Shown: one piece after another, positions 40,418-50,090 of the stretch
Layout of the letters: every line of letters begins with the position of its first letter
Position numbering within the stretch: the first letter of the stretch is position 1
From: Candidatus Nomurabacteria bacterium RIFCSPLOWO2_01_FULL_42_17
GTDB lineage: Bacteria > Patescibacteriota > Minisyncoccia > Phycocordibacterales > UBA9973
DNA length: 64,000 bases
Reading direction: 5' to 3'
Assembly (NCBI GenBank): GCA_001785985.1
Contig: MFVE01000005.1
Location: 16,556 to 80,555, forward strand
Notes under the pieces: model-generated
Database searches by the model: none
Told to the model about the DNA's origin: nothing
Seen by the model: the letters and a program-made list of their open reading frames with translations, nothing else
Position numbers and translations under genes: made by a program

Positions 40418-41101
40418 ATGAGTTTTTTAAACACTATCTTGAATATAATTTTCCCTTTAAAATGCATAGTCTGCGGGGAAAATGGGAAAGATTTTTGCCT
40501 AGAGTGCCTTTCGGATGCTCCCCCAGCCCAACGTGAAAGCGAAAAGTGGATTTTCCCTATTTATGACTACCGACATCCGCCCATCAAAAAAGCATTGTGG
40601 CTGCTAAAATACAAAGGCAAAAAAAGACTGGCGAATATTTTTGCTGAAGTTCTTTATGAAAAAATCTTGGAAGAATTGGCGGATCTGTCAGTGATGGAAA
40701 ACTTTAAAAATGCCCTTTTGATCCCCATTCCCCTATCGAAGAAGAGGCGTCGAGAGCGCGGATATAACCAGGCCGAATTAATTTGCAAAGAATTAATAAA
40801 GCTGAATCATCTACGCTATAGCGTAGATGGAAAATCAAACTTCAGTTTAGAAAATAATATTTTGATCAAACCAAGAGAGACAGAACACCAAGCGCGCATT
40901 CATAATAGAAAAGAGCGATTGAAAAATATTGTGGGTTCATTTTCCATAAAAAATGTAGAAACAAATGCGAACCTCCTGAAAAATAGAAATATAATTTTGA
41001 TAGACGACATCACCACCACCGGCGCGACTTTAAATGAAGCCAGAAAAACTCTTAAAAATGCCGGCGCACGTAAAATCATCGCCTTCACCATCGCGCATTA
41101 G
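40418..41101 (+). CDS. comF: ComF-family competence phosphoribosyltransferase
   Basis: FPLKCIVC..CLEC, LKY, PIPLS...RERGYNQ, LIDDITTTGATL. Confidence 0.92.
   Translation: MSFLNTILNIIFPLKCIVCGENGKDFCLECLSDAPPAQRESEKWIFPIYDYRHPPIKKALWLLKYKGKKRLANIFAEVLYEKILEELADLSVMENFKNALLIPIPLSKKRRRERGYNQAELICKELIKLNHLRYSVDGKSNFSLENNILIKPRETEHQARIHNRKERLKNIVGSFSIKNVETNANLLKNRNIILIDDITTTGATLNEARKTLKNAGARKIIAFTIAH
40808..40829. repeat. Perfect 22-nt palindrome in comF
   Basis: CATCTACGCTATAGCGTAGATG encodes HLRYSVD. Confidence 0.7.
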
Positions 41102-41120
41102 GATATGCTAATATTAATCA

Positions 41121-41675
41121 ATGATCGAAATACTGCTGACATATAAATACGCGCTCATCATACCGCTCGCCATCATCGAAGGGCCGATCATTGCCGTGGT
41201 CTGCGGATTTTTGGTAACGCTGAAAGTTTTTAATATTTTTTTAGTTTATCTGGTCATAGTGCTGGGCGATATCGTCGGGGACGGAATATTTTATTACATC
41301 GGGCATTCTGGCAAAAGACTCTTGCGCTATTTTAAAGTAACTGAAGAAAAGATGGAAAAAATAAGAAATTATTTTCATCACAACCACATCAAGGCGATCG
41401 TCATGTCCAAGCTCGTGCATGGCGTCGGATTCACCGGCCTCATCACCGCGGGCGCATCGCACGTGCCGTATAGAAGATATCTAAAAACCTGCGTGATTAT
41501 CTCTATCGTTCAATCAGCGCTGATGCTAGTGATCGGCATATTGTTTGGAAATACTTATGTGGTTATAGGAAAATATTTAAACTACTACGCCGCGGGGGCA
41601 AGTGTGATAGTCTTGTTGATTCTGTTAGTAGTCTTCATCCGGAAATACAAAGTAGGCACAAAAACTACTTTATAA
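41121..41675 (+). CDS. DedA-family membrane protein
   Basis: IEGP, LGDIVGDGIFYYIG, SKLVHG, AG..VPYRRY. Confidence 0.8.
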   Translation: MIEILLTYKYALIIPLAIIEGPIIAVVCGFLVTLKVFNIFLVYLVIVLGDIVGDGIFYYIGHSGKRLLRYFKVTEEKMEKIRNYFHHNHIKAIVMSKLVHGVGFTGLITAGASHVPYRRYLKTCVIISIVQSALMLVIGILFGNTYVVIGKYLNYYAAGASVIVLLILLVVFIRKYKVGTKTTL

Positions 41676-41686
41676 TACTTTTAATT

Positions 41687-42880
41687 ATGCTTGCGCCAAA
41701 AAATAAATTGAATATCGCGATGGTCTGCGATCCGATCGGCAATAGCAAGGCTGGCGTAGTCGTCTCCACCCTGCGCTTTGGGAAATTATTGAAAGAGCGC
41801 GGACATCATGTCATCTTCATCGGCGCTCGATCTAAAGACCATAGAGAACACAGCGATTATAACGACATAAAAACTTATCGTTATCGCAGCATTCCCCTGC
41901 CGAAATCCGGCGGCTGGACTATGGCTTTCCCCAGAGTCAATGAAATAAAAAAAGTTTTGCAGGAAGAAAAAATCGATGTGGTTCATATAATTCTGCCGAT
42001 GATGGGCGGGCTCGTCGCCATCCTCGCGGCGCGCTCGCTCGGCATTAAGATCGTGGCTCATTCTCACTCCCAACCAGAAAATATTTTCGCGGAGATGCCC
42101 GGATTCATTCGCCCCATGCTTTATGCTCTCTGGAATAAATATCTGGCTTGGATATACAACAAGGCAGAATATATTATTTATCCTTCGGAAATGGCGCGCA
42201 AATTGTTGGAGAAATTGAATAAAAAGGAAAAAAAGACAGCCGTCATCAGCAACGGAATAAATACAGCAGAATTCAAACCTAGCGCAATCGGTGATTTTTA
42301 TAATCGATTCAAGATACCGGATAATTCGACCAAGTTATTATTTGTGGGACGACTGTTCCCAGAAAAATCCATCGACACTTTGATCAAAGCAATACCTTAT
42401 ATTAGACAAAAACACGTAGATACGCATGTGATGATAGTCGGCGCTGGCCATCTGCGAGCAAAGCTGGAAAAGTTGGCGCGGGAGCTGGAAGTCATCCAAC
42501 ATGTGACTTTTTTAGGCTTAGTCAGCGATGAAGATAAAGTCTTGGCCTACAACGCCTGCGACATATTCGTCTTGCCATCGATTGCCGAGCTAGAAGGCAT
42601 GGTAGTCTTGGAGGCGATGGCCTGCGGCAAGCCGATCATTATAGCGGATGCGGAGATGAGCGCGTCTAGATATTTTGTAGATGGCAACGGGTTTTTGTTT
42701 AAAAAGTACAATTATAAAGATCTGGCGGAACAAGCGCTAAAATTGATCCTAGACGCTGATCTGCGCAAAAAGCTGGGTGAAGTTAGTCTAGCGAATAGTA
42801 AAAATTACGATATTCATCAAAGCGTGGCCAAACTGGAAGAAGTCTATTACTCCGCCCTAAAAAACGAAGTGAGCCCCTGA
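41687..42880 (+). CDS. GT4 glycosyltransferase
   Basis: ISNGI, LFVGRLFPEKSID, DIFVLPS..ELEGMVVLEAMACGKP. Confidence 0.92.
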   Translation: MLAPKNKLNIAMVCDPIGNSKAGVVVSTLRFGKLLKERGHHVIFIGARSKDHREHSDYNDIKTYRYRSIPLPKSGGWTMAFPRVNEIKKVLQEEKIDVVHIILPMMGGLVAILAARSLGIKIVAHSHSQPENIFAEMPGFIRPMLYALWNKYLAWIYNKAEYIIYPSEMARKLLEKLNKKEKKTAVISNGINTAEFKPSAIGDFYNRFKIPDNSTKLLFVGRLFPEKSIDTLIKAIPYIRQKHVDTHVMIVGAGHLRAKLEKLARELEVIQHVTFLGLVSDEDKVLAYNACDIFVLPSIAELEGMVVLEAMACGKPIIIADAEMSASRYFVDGNGFLFKKYNYKDLAEQALKLILDADLRKKLGEVSLANSKNYDIHQSVAKLEEVYYSALKNEVSP

Positions 42881-43710
42881 TGAAAGAATATCTTCTGAAA
42901 AATGAAATATACTACAGGACGAACGAATTTACCCCGGGCAAACTGACCTTGGTATTCATCCACGGAGTTTCCGGCTCCTCCTCGGCTTGGTGGCCGTATG
43001 AGAAAATATTCGAGAATGAACATCAGAATAAATATAATATTTTGACTTATGATATTCGCGGACATGGAAAATCAAAGAAATTTTTTCATTATTCTGATTA
43101 TCAAATAGAAAAATTCGCAGATGATCTCCATGATCTAGTGCTCCATCTAAACATTCCGAAATTTATTTTAATCAGCAATTCTTTTGGTGGGCTGATCCAT
43201 CTAGAATATCTAAAACTCTGGAGAGAAACTGTCATGGCGAATGTTTTTACTTCGCCGGAGATATATTTATACGAAACCTTCGTTGCAAAAATCATCAGAC
43301 CGGTCCTCAAAGGATTCACATGGATCCGAAGTCTTCTGCCTTTTAACCCCAAACCCCGCGGACATGTAGACTATAGCAAACATCTAAATTCGACCGACTG
43401 GGACATCAAGAGAAATTTGGCAGATATGATGAACACGACCCTGCTCGTGCATTTTTATACTCTTCGGCAATCTTTAATATTAAATCAAAAATACGAACTG
43501 GAAAAAATAAACGTTCCGACTCTGATCATCCATGGAGAAAAAGATTCAATGGTCCCCTTAAAAAAATCGATCAATATGTCGAAGGCAATAAAAGACTCCG
43601 AATTCATCAGCATCCAAAAGATTGATCATAACACCGCTCATAATGCTGTCAAAGAGATGTCAGAAGCGATAGAATCTTTTATTGAAAAGAATCGAAGTAT
43701 GCTAAAATAG
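42880..43710 (+). CDS. Alpha/beta hydrolase
   Basis: VFIHG, YDIRGHGKS, SNSFGG nucleophile elbow, PTLIIHGEKD. Confidence 0.88.
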   Translation: MKEYLLKNEIYYRTNEFTPGKLTLVFIHGVSGSSSAWWPYEKIFENEHQNKYNILTYDIRGHGKSKKFFHYSDYQIEKFADDLHDLVLHLNIPKFILISNSFGGLIHLEYLKLWRETVMANVFTSPEIYLYETFVAKIIRPVLKGFTWIRSLLPFNPKPRGHVDYSKHLNSTDWDIKRNLADMMNTTLLVHFYTLRQSLILNQKYELEKINVPTLIIHGEKDSMVPLKKSINMSKAIKDSEFISIQKIDHNTAHNAVKEMSEAIESFIEKNRSMLK

Positions 43711-43714
43711 GCGT

Positions 43715-44353
43715 ATGGAAACTTATAAAAATCTTTTGACCAATAAAAATTTTCTCATATGTTTCTGCGGTGGCGTGATCTTGTTTGTCACGAGCTTGGT
43801 GGTGCAATTTTTTGTCAGCGGTTATGTGAATAGCCTGCCCACCGTGCCTGTGACAGATCTGATATTGAGCAATATCAGAGTCCACGACGTGGGCGGGATT
43901 TTTGTTTATGGATCAGTCTTGCTGTTTTTCTACGGCTTTTTATTGGGATTTAGACATCTCCACTACATGCCATTTGCCTTGAAGAGCGTGGGCCTTTTTA
44001 CTCTGATCCGATCTCTCTTTGTCATCCTCACCCATATCAGCGCTTTCCCGACTCGCATAGCCATCGAATCGCCTTTTTTTAACAATGCTCTTTTCAGCGG
44101 TATTTTCACCGGAAATGATCTCTTTTTCTCCGGACATACCGGACTGCCTTTTCTCTTGGCGCTAATGTTTTGGGAAAAGAAAAATATCAGAATAATTTTC
44201 CTCGGATTTTCTATTCTTTTTGCGATCGTCGTGCTCCTCGGGCATATCCATTATTCCATCGACGTCCTAGCGGCCTATTTCATCACCTACGGCATCTTTC
44301 AAATCTGTAAAGTTTTATTCAAGCAAGAATGGGCATTGTTCTTGAAGAAATAA
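43715..44353 (+). CDS. PAP2-superfamily membrane phosphatase/phosphotransferase (sphingomyelin-synthase-like motifs)
   Basis: DLFFSGHT and HYSIDV motifs, about six TM helices. Confidence 0.75.
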   Translation: METYKNLLTNKNFLICFCGGVILFVTSLVVQFFVSGYVNSLPTVPVTDLILSNIRVHDVGGIFVYGSVLLFFYGFLLGFRHLHYMPFALKSVGLFTLIRSLFVILTHISAFPTRIAIESPFFNNALFSGIFTGNDLFFSGHTGLPFLLALMFWEKKNIRIIFLGFSILFAIVVLLGHIHYSIDVLAAYFITYGIFQICKVLFKQEWALFLKK

Positions 44354-44358
44354 ATTTA

Positions 44359-44543
44359 CTAGAAAAATTCAGACACCCTTTCTTGGCATACTTTTTATAA
44401 AGCAATCTATCTGGCACAGCTGTGCCAGCGAACTGCTCGTCGATCAAGAAAATAATAGAAAGAGTACTTTCTTTATTTTCTAATCTCCTGCGCAAGGCTT
44501 TCTAAAAAGTACGCCTGCGACGAGTAAGTCTGAATTTTTCTAG
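44359..44543. mobile_element. 185-bp nested-palindrome element with CTAG ends (MITE or structured RNA)
   Basis: CTAGAAAAATTCAGAC/GTCTGAATTTTTCTAG perfect 16-bp ends; further inner stems. Confidence 0.6.
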
Positions 44544-44555
44544 ATTCTTTGGACT

Positions 44556-44673
44556 CTAGTGCAAGCAAAAGTGTTCTCTAAAATATCGTACGGAGAGGGG
44601 CGGGTCCGAAAGTCTTAGCAAATTTCAAGCCTAAAAATTATGCGGGTATTTTAGAGAATATTTTTGCTGGAAC
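44556..44673. mobile_element. MITE-like element, left copy of a 118-bp inverted repeat
   Basis: Reverse complement of 47741-47858 with 2 mismatches; has its own ~30-bp imperfect terminal inverted repeats. Confidence 0.85.
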
Positions 44674-44676
44674 ATT

Positions 44677-47443
44677 TTAAATTTCTGGAGCGGGTTCTGT
44701 GGATTCAGAGTCCTCAACTACATCAGCCTCTGGTGCAGATGCTTCTTCCGATTCGGGTTCAGGTTCGGGAGTTACTTCAGGAGTAGATTCAGATTCCTCC
44801 GTCTCAGACGGAGGCGTTACCTCTGCATCAGAAACTTCAGAAGTTTCATCAGCCGGCTCGTCCACCGTCTCTTCCGCTACAGGCATTTCTTCATTGCTTT
44901 CTTGCTCAGAAGCCTGCCCTGTACCAGAGCTCTGCTCTTGGTTCGGGGAATTTCCATCATTTCCTAACATAGCATCCAGCTGACTTCTAGTATAGCAAGA
45001 AGTGCCGTTTGCATCTTTCAAACAAACTTCATCTAGAGTGGCCTTTTCTGCAAAGATATTTGTAATCCCATTCCCCACATCCCCCATCCAAGCAGTGAGT
45101 TTGGCATAGACATTGTCAAAGAAAGCAGTGACGAAAGATTGGTTAGATGAGCCTTCGAGCGGAGTGATGGTGCCAGAGATGGCGTTTAGGTTTAGATTGA
45201 GTTCATCTAGTTTGGTATTCGTCGCTTGGAGACCTAGCACCATATAGCCCAGAGTGTTCACAGGGTTCACGATGGTGCCTTTGTAGTGCATGGCCCAGGG
45301 TGCTTCATCTGCCATGACACCGACATATTCTGTGATGGTGTCTCCGGTTCCCATGCCTGGTTTGTAATGGAATTTATATATTTTGGTATTGAGGATTTGA
45401 GTGAGAGCTTCATTTGGATCATCTACTGTGCTAATGACGTCCTTTAATTCACGGGAAGAGGCAGCCGATGCCCAGGAAGTGATGCCGTCTCCTCCTGCAT
45501 CGGTGAGCTGTTGACCAGCAGAGCCTACTGCAGTGGGTAAGGTTAGAGTCCAGGTGCCAGCCGCTGCGGCTGTCTGCATTGTGACTACTCCAGATGTTCC
45601 TCCTGCTAAAGACATAGTACCTGCTCTGGAACCTGCTGTACCTAATGTAAGTAATGCGACCGGAGAATTATTTCCAATTCCGATTACTGCGTCTGTGTCT
45701 ACAGTGGTGCCAGTGGCATTTACGTTTAGGCCAAAAATTGTGTTGCCGATGACGAGCTGGTTGGAAGTTGTAGCCGAGGGAGCGTCAACATCATAACCTA
45801 TGATGAGATTATTAGAACCAGAAGTAATGGCATCACCTGCTCCTAAACCAATCGCAATATTATTATCCCCCGTCGTCACTGCCGTCAGAGCGTTGTATCC
45901 AAAAGCAGAGTTGTCATCTCCGCCGTTTGAGGTGTCAAGAGCGAGAGAACCGAAAGCGGAGTTGCGGGTGCCGGTTGTTTCTGTTGTCAGAACATTATAA
46001 CCAAAAGCAGAGTTATTGTCGGCGGTGGTATTAGCGTCAAGCGCCAAAGCTCCAAAAGCTGCATTTTGAGTGCCGGTTGTGTTGACACCCAAAACGTTAT
46101 AGCCAAAAGCGCTGTTGTTGTTGGCTGTAGTATTGGCACTAAGCGCAAAAGCTCCAACAGCTGTATTTTGAGTGCCAGTGGTGTTAGCATTAAGCGTAAA
46201 TGATCCGAAGGCTGAATTATTGTTGGCGGTGGTATTAGCACTAAGCGCTAAGGATCCAAATGCGGAATTTCTAATTCCAGTAGTATTAGCGCCCAAAACA
46301 TCGGGGCCAAAAGCTGCATTTTGAGTGCCAGTGGTGTTAGCGGTTAAAACATTATACCCAAAGGCAGAGTTTAAACTACCAGTGGTGTTGGCATCAAGTG
46401 CGAAAGATCCAAAGGCCGAGTTTGAACCACCGGTGGTGTTGGATATTAAAGCGTTATACCCGATCGCCACATTATCATCTCCCGTAGTGATAGCTGTGCC
46501 TGCATCAGCACCAACCGCCGTATTTCTTAATCCACTTGCAGCTGTAAGAGAATCAAGTGCGGTGCTTCCAAGAGCAGTGTTGCCATCGCCTGCAGAAGTT
46601 TGAGTAAAACCTGTAAGTGTTGCTCCATTCGGGATGGTGAGAGTTCCAGTGCTGGAGGTGATGGTGAGGCCGTTGATACTTGTAGCTGTGGCAACTCCAA
46701 GAACTGGAGTGACCAATGTCGGAGAAGTAGCTAAAACCAAAACCGTGCCACTGCCTGTGGTCGTCATTTCTCCGAGAACGCCAGCGTTGTTGTAGAGAAC
46801 TCTGCCGGATGTACCGCTGGTAATGGAAGTGGTGCCTACTGTGAGTCCGGTACTTAACGTCGCCCAAGTGAGTACTCCACTCCCATCCGTCTGCAGGTAT
46901 TGGCTAGCAGTACCGTCATCTGTGGGAAGAGTTAGAGTATATGTGCCAGCGATAGCAGCTGGTTGAATGATGATTTCACCAGAGGTACTGCCAGTGAGAG
47001 TGAGAAAATCTGTGGTGACTTCTGCTGCCATAGACTTGGCAAGACTTTGGACGTTGCTGTCGATTGAATTTAATGTTCCATTGAGTTGAGCGTCGAAGAA
47101 AGCTCGGGTGACGAATTGAGAGGGGTTTAGATTATCTGCCCCCCCCCCTCGGTCCTGCTGGACCTTGAATTCCCTGAGGGCCCATTGGTCCCTGGGGTCC
47201 TTGAGGTCCAGCGACGTAAACAACAGGCTTTGTTGTGTTAGAGGAAGTGGGAGGTGCAGGAGGCGTAAGAATAGCAGGTGTTGGGACTGTCTTTACATAA
47301 TTCCTGAAGGCAGTGAGAAGCTCTGCGCTAGTAACAGCTTGTACTTTAACCGGAGAGAAGCTAAAAACAGAAAAAACCAAGATAAAAAATCCTAGTAATA
47401 TCTTTACTGACAGAAATTTTTTCCTGAATTCTTTTTGAATCAT
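44677..47443 (-). pseudogene. Secreted fibre/adhesin-like protein frameshifted at a G10 tract (about 921 aa if G9)
   Basis: Upstream frame: signal peptide, Pro-rich linker, GXY repeats, stop just after G10 (47139-47148). Downstream frame: 14-aa N(T/S)A(F/V)G..AL..NTT repeats, S74-like motif (SSRELK, GVMADE), acidic tail. Confidence 0.75.
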
Positions 47444-47446
47444 TTT

Positions 47447-47677
47447 TTATTTCAAGTTTTTTTCTATAATATCTACCCTCGTTTTTAGTTTGTTATAGTC
47501 TTCATATTTGACTTTGTTTAAAGACATATCGTCAAGCCTTCTATTTATCCCTCCAATATGATAAATCAAATTATTTTCAACTCTGGCCATATTTCTACTT
47601 GCTTCTTCAAAACCATTGGCAACCATAATTGCTAATTTATCAACGGTCATTTTTTTATTTTTTACGTCCTTCTTCAT
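47447..47677 (-). CDS. Small hypothetical coiled-coil protein
   Basis: 76-aa ORF with TGATATAAT 7 nt upstream; 3 nt before the adhesin start. Confidence 0.65.
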   Translation of the reverse strand: MKKDVKNKKMTVDKLAIMVANGFEEASRNMARVENNLIYHIGGINRRLDDMSLNKVKYEDYNKLKTRVDIIEKNLK

Positions 47678-47737
47678 ACAGGCAATTATATCATGGAAGT
47701 GTCATGAAAAGTATAAAAATGTGGATAACCCACACAC

Positions 47738-47858
47738 CTAGTTCCAGCAAAAATATTCTCTAAAATACCCGCATAATTTTTAGGCTTGAAATTTGCTAAG
47801 ACTTTCGGACCCGCCCCTCTCCGTACGATATTTTATAGAACATTTTTGCTTGCACTAG
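47738..47858. mobile_element. MITE-like element, right copy, complete CTAG...CTAG
   Basis: CTAGTTCCAGCAAAAATATTCTCTAAAATA...TATTTTATAGAACATTTTTGCTTGCACTAG. Confidence 0.85.
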
Positions 47859-47878
47859 TCTGCGACGAGTTTGTAATT

Positions 47879-49084
47879 TTACCCCCACAAGTCCCAAATC
47901 ATTCCAGCAATATTTCTAGGCTTGCCTTCGAGAGCATAGTAATGCAGATCGATAAAAGGCAGGGTGTTGCATTCAATGATGCCCCATTTCTGAGAGGATT
48001 CTTCTTTGGTCGGATCAGGAATGATGCAATCAAATCCCACTACAGGCAGGCTCACTATTTTCTCCGCTTTTTCTAAAATAGGAATGAAGCTCGGGTGCAG
48101 ATCATCTATCATCTCGACAGTTTTGCCCCCAAAAAGTCTGCCGATCCTGTGCGTCAAAGACAGAGATACCCCTTGCGGTAAAATATCATCAAGCTTAAAT
48201 CCCGAGCGCAAAATATGATCGCATAATTCTTTTGAAATACGTATCGGTTCGACCCGGCTGTGACGATTTTTATCTTTTTCAATAATGAGCTCTCGGATTG
48301 TTTTCTTGCCATCCCCTACTAGAGTCGGAGCATGCCCTCGATAAAATCCAGCGAGAACTCCCCCCACAAAGGTCGCTCGACAGACACTGCCCTGCAAATG
48401 CTCTTCGACGATCAAACAAGGACAGATCGCTCCGGCTATCCGCAACCCTTCTTGAAACTGCTCTAAGGTATGAATATTAGTGACAGTATGTCTGCCCCGA
48501 GAGCCCACCCGCGGTTTGACGATTATGGGTTTTTGAAGCTTGGAAAATATTTCTCTGATAGTTTTACTTTTATTTTTCGGACTGAAAAAATTAAAATCAA
48601 AATAAGCTGGGATTGGGAGATTGTGCTTCTTAAATTCTCGCTTCATGATGACTTTATCATCCCAATTTACTCGCATCTCGGGAGATTCCGGCCTGGTCGG
48701 GATACTTTCAAAATAAATATTCCGGCCGTTTAATCTAGCGCGATAAAAATCTAAGGGTTTATTTAAAAATATCACTTGTTCCATCAGGATTCCCCTCTTT
48801 TTCGCTTCTTCCCAGATGATCCTAGAACGGAAACTGGCCGAACGCTCTATATCCGGAGAAAATTTAGCGAGTTTGAAAAAAGCGAAAGTTCTAAATAAAA
48901 ATTTGGGAAAGGAATCGGCAAAATCTTTTACAAAAAATGGAACGTATTTTATAAACTTTTTCAAATAATTATCTAAGGTGACGGAAACCACGCTCTCCAA
49001 AGCAGAAAGAGCGTGGTTGATCGGAGCATCAGCGCAATACGAACAAGAGCCTTCTTTGATATGAGGTTCAGAGACTGACAACAC
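47879..49084 (-). CDS. ATP-grasp protein resembling the cyanophycin synthetase/GshF ATP-grasp domain
   Basis: DDK, PIIVKPRVGSRGRH, IVEEHLQG, VGDGKKTIRELI, GFDCI, IIECNTLP. Confidence 0.75.
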   Translation of the reverse strand: MLSVSEPHIKEGSCSYCADAPINHALSALESVVSVTLDNYLKKFIKYVPFFVKDFADSFPKFLFRTFAFFKLAKFSPDIERSASFRSRIIWEEAKKRGILMEQVIFLNKPLDFYRARLNGRNIYFESIPTRPESPEMRVNWDDKVIMKREFKKHNLPIPAYFDFNFFSPKNKSKTIREIFSKLQKPIIVKPRVGSRGRHTVTNIHTLEQFQEGLRIAGAICPCLIVEEHLQGSVCRATFVGGVLAGFYRGHAPTLVGDGKKTIRELIIEKDKNRHSRVEPIRISKELCDHILRSGFKLDDILPQGVSLSLTHRIGRLFGGKTVEMIDDLHPSFIPILEKAEKIVSLPVVGFDCIIPDPTKEESSQKWGIIECNTLPFIDLHYYALEGKPRNIAGMIWDLWG

Positions 49085-49180
49085 TTTTTAATGATCTCCT
49101 TTAATCATAAAATTAAGTTCTAAAAAATTTCTAATAACCGACCAGAATATTATAACAATAAGCGAAGAGCATAAGCAAAT

Positions 49181-50047
49181 TTATTTGCTTAATGTCTGAG
49201 TGCCATTGTTATATGGTAATCCATATACCACCTTTTTATTCGAAGCCAGTATTTCTGTGATCTGATCTATTATTTCATTGGGAGTAACAGTGGCTTTGAT
49301 CATAAAACGCACCGCCCCGAGACTTTTCCCCTTTTCAATATCGCTTTCTTGCCCCAAGTTGGACAGCAAGATCACCGGTATGTGCTTGGTCTTTGGATCA
49401 CTTTTGATTCTGCGCAAAATTTCAAAACCATCTATGCCGGAGAGAATGATATCGAGCATCACGATGTCCGGCATTTCTCTATTGATGATTTGTAAAGCCT
49501 CTTCACCTTCATTCGCATGAAAGAAAACGCATTTTGTGCTAGAGAGCTTGCGCGCAATTATATCATTCAAAAATTGATCGTCTTCTACCCAGACTATTTT
49601 TTTACCTTCCAGACTGACTGCATTCGACTTTTGGTTCATGACGCCCTCTAGGGAATTTTCTGGACTCCCAAGTTCCTCGCTTTTTCGAAATTGCGCCCTC
49701 ACTTTGACCAAGACTTCTTCCGGGTCAAACTGAGCTTTGACGATATAGTCTTTTACTCCGAGGGCCAGCGCGCGGTTGATCTCGACCGGCTGTCCAGAAT
49801 TAGAAACGATAATGACGGGGATGAGGGCCAGGGCAGAATCTTTTTGTTTTGCCTCGAGGATCTCGTAGCCATTCATATTTGGCAAGATAATATCGAGCAA
49901 AACCAAGTCCGGCTTGAAAGACCCCATCTGCTCAAAACCTTCTTGGCCGTCTCGCGCGAGCATAGTCTCAAATCCTTCACTGGTTAGTTTTTGGTTTAGA
50001 ACATCTCCCAAAAAAACATCATCTTCAATTATTAAAATTTTTTTCAT
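49181..50047 (-). CDS. Tandem double-receiver response regulator
   Basis: IEDD..PDLVLLDIILP and VEDD..PDIVMLDIILS; no output domain. Confidence 0.9.
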   Translation of the reverse strand: MKKILIIEDDVFLGDVLNQKLTSEGFETMLARDGQEGFEQMGSFKPDLVLLDIILPNMNGYEILEAKQKDSALALIPVIIVSNSGQPVEINRALALGVKDYIVKAQFDPEEVLVKVRAQFRKSEELGSPENSLEGVMNQKSNAVSLEGKKIVWVEDDQFLNDIIARKLSSTKCVFFHANEGEEALQIINREMPDIVMLDIILSGIDGFEILRRIKSDPKTKHIPVILLSNLGQESDIEKGKSLGAVRFMIKATVTPNEIIDQITEILASNKKVVYGLPYNNGTQTLSK

Positions 50048-50090
50048 CTTTTATAATTCTTTACTTTAAAAACTTTATAACTATTTAGGA

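Noticed and set aside
45850-46580. Periodic 42-nt repeats resembling a CRISPR array
   Set aside because: They are degenerate codon-level repeats of a 14-aa motif inside one ORF, with no constant repeat, unique spacers or cas genes.
47149-47223. Track start MFTSLDLKD for the 848-aa ORF
   Set aside because: This stretch is the shifted frame of the collagen-like leader; the true N-terminus with signal peptide starts at 47443.
44677-47443. Prophage tail gene
   Set aside because: There are no other phage genes nearby, and the protein has a Sec-type signal peptide.
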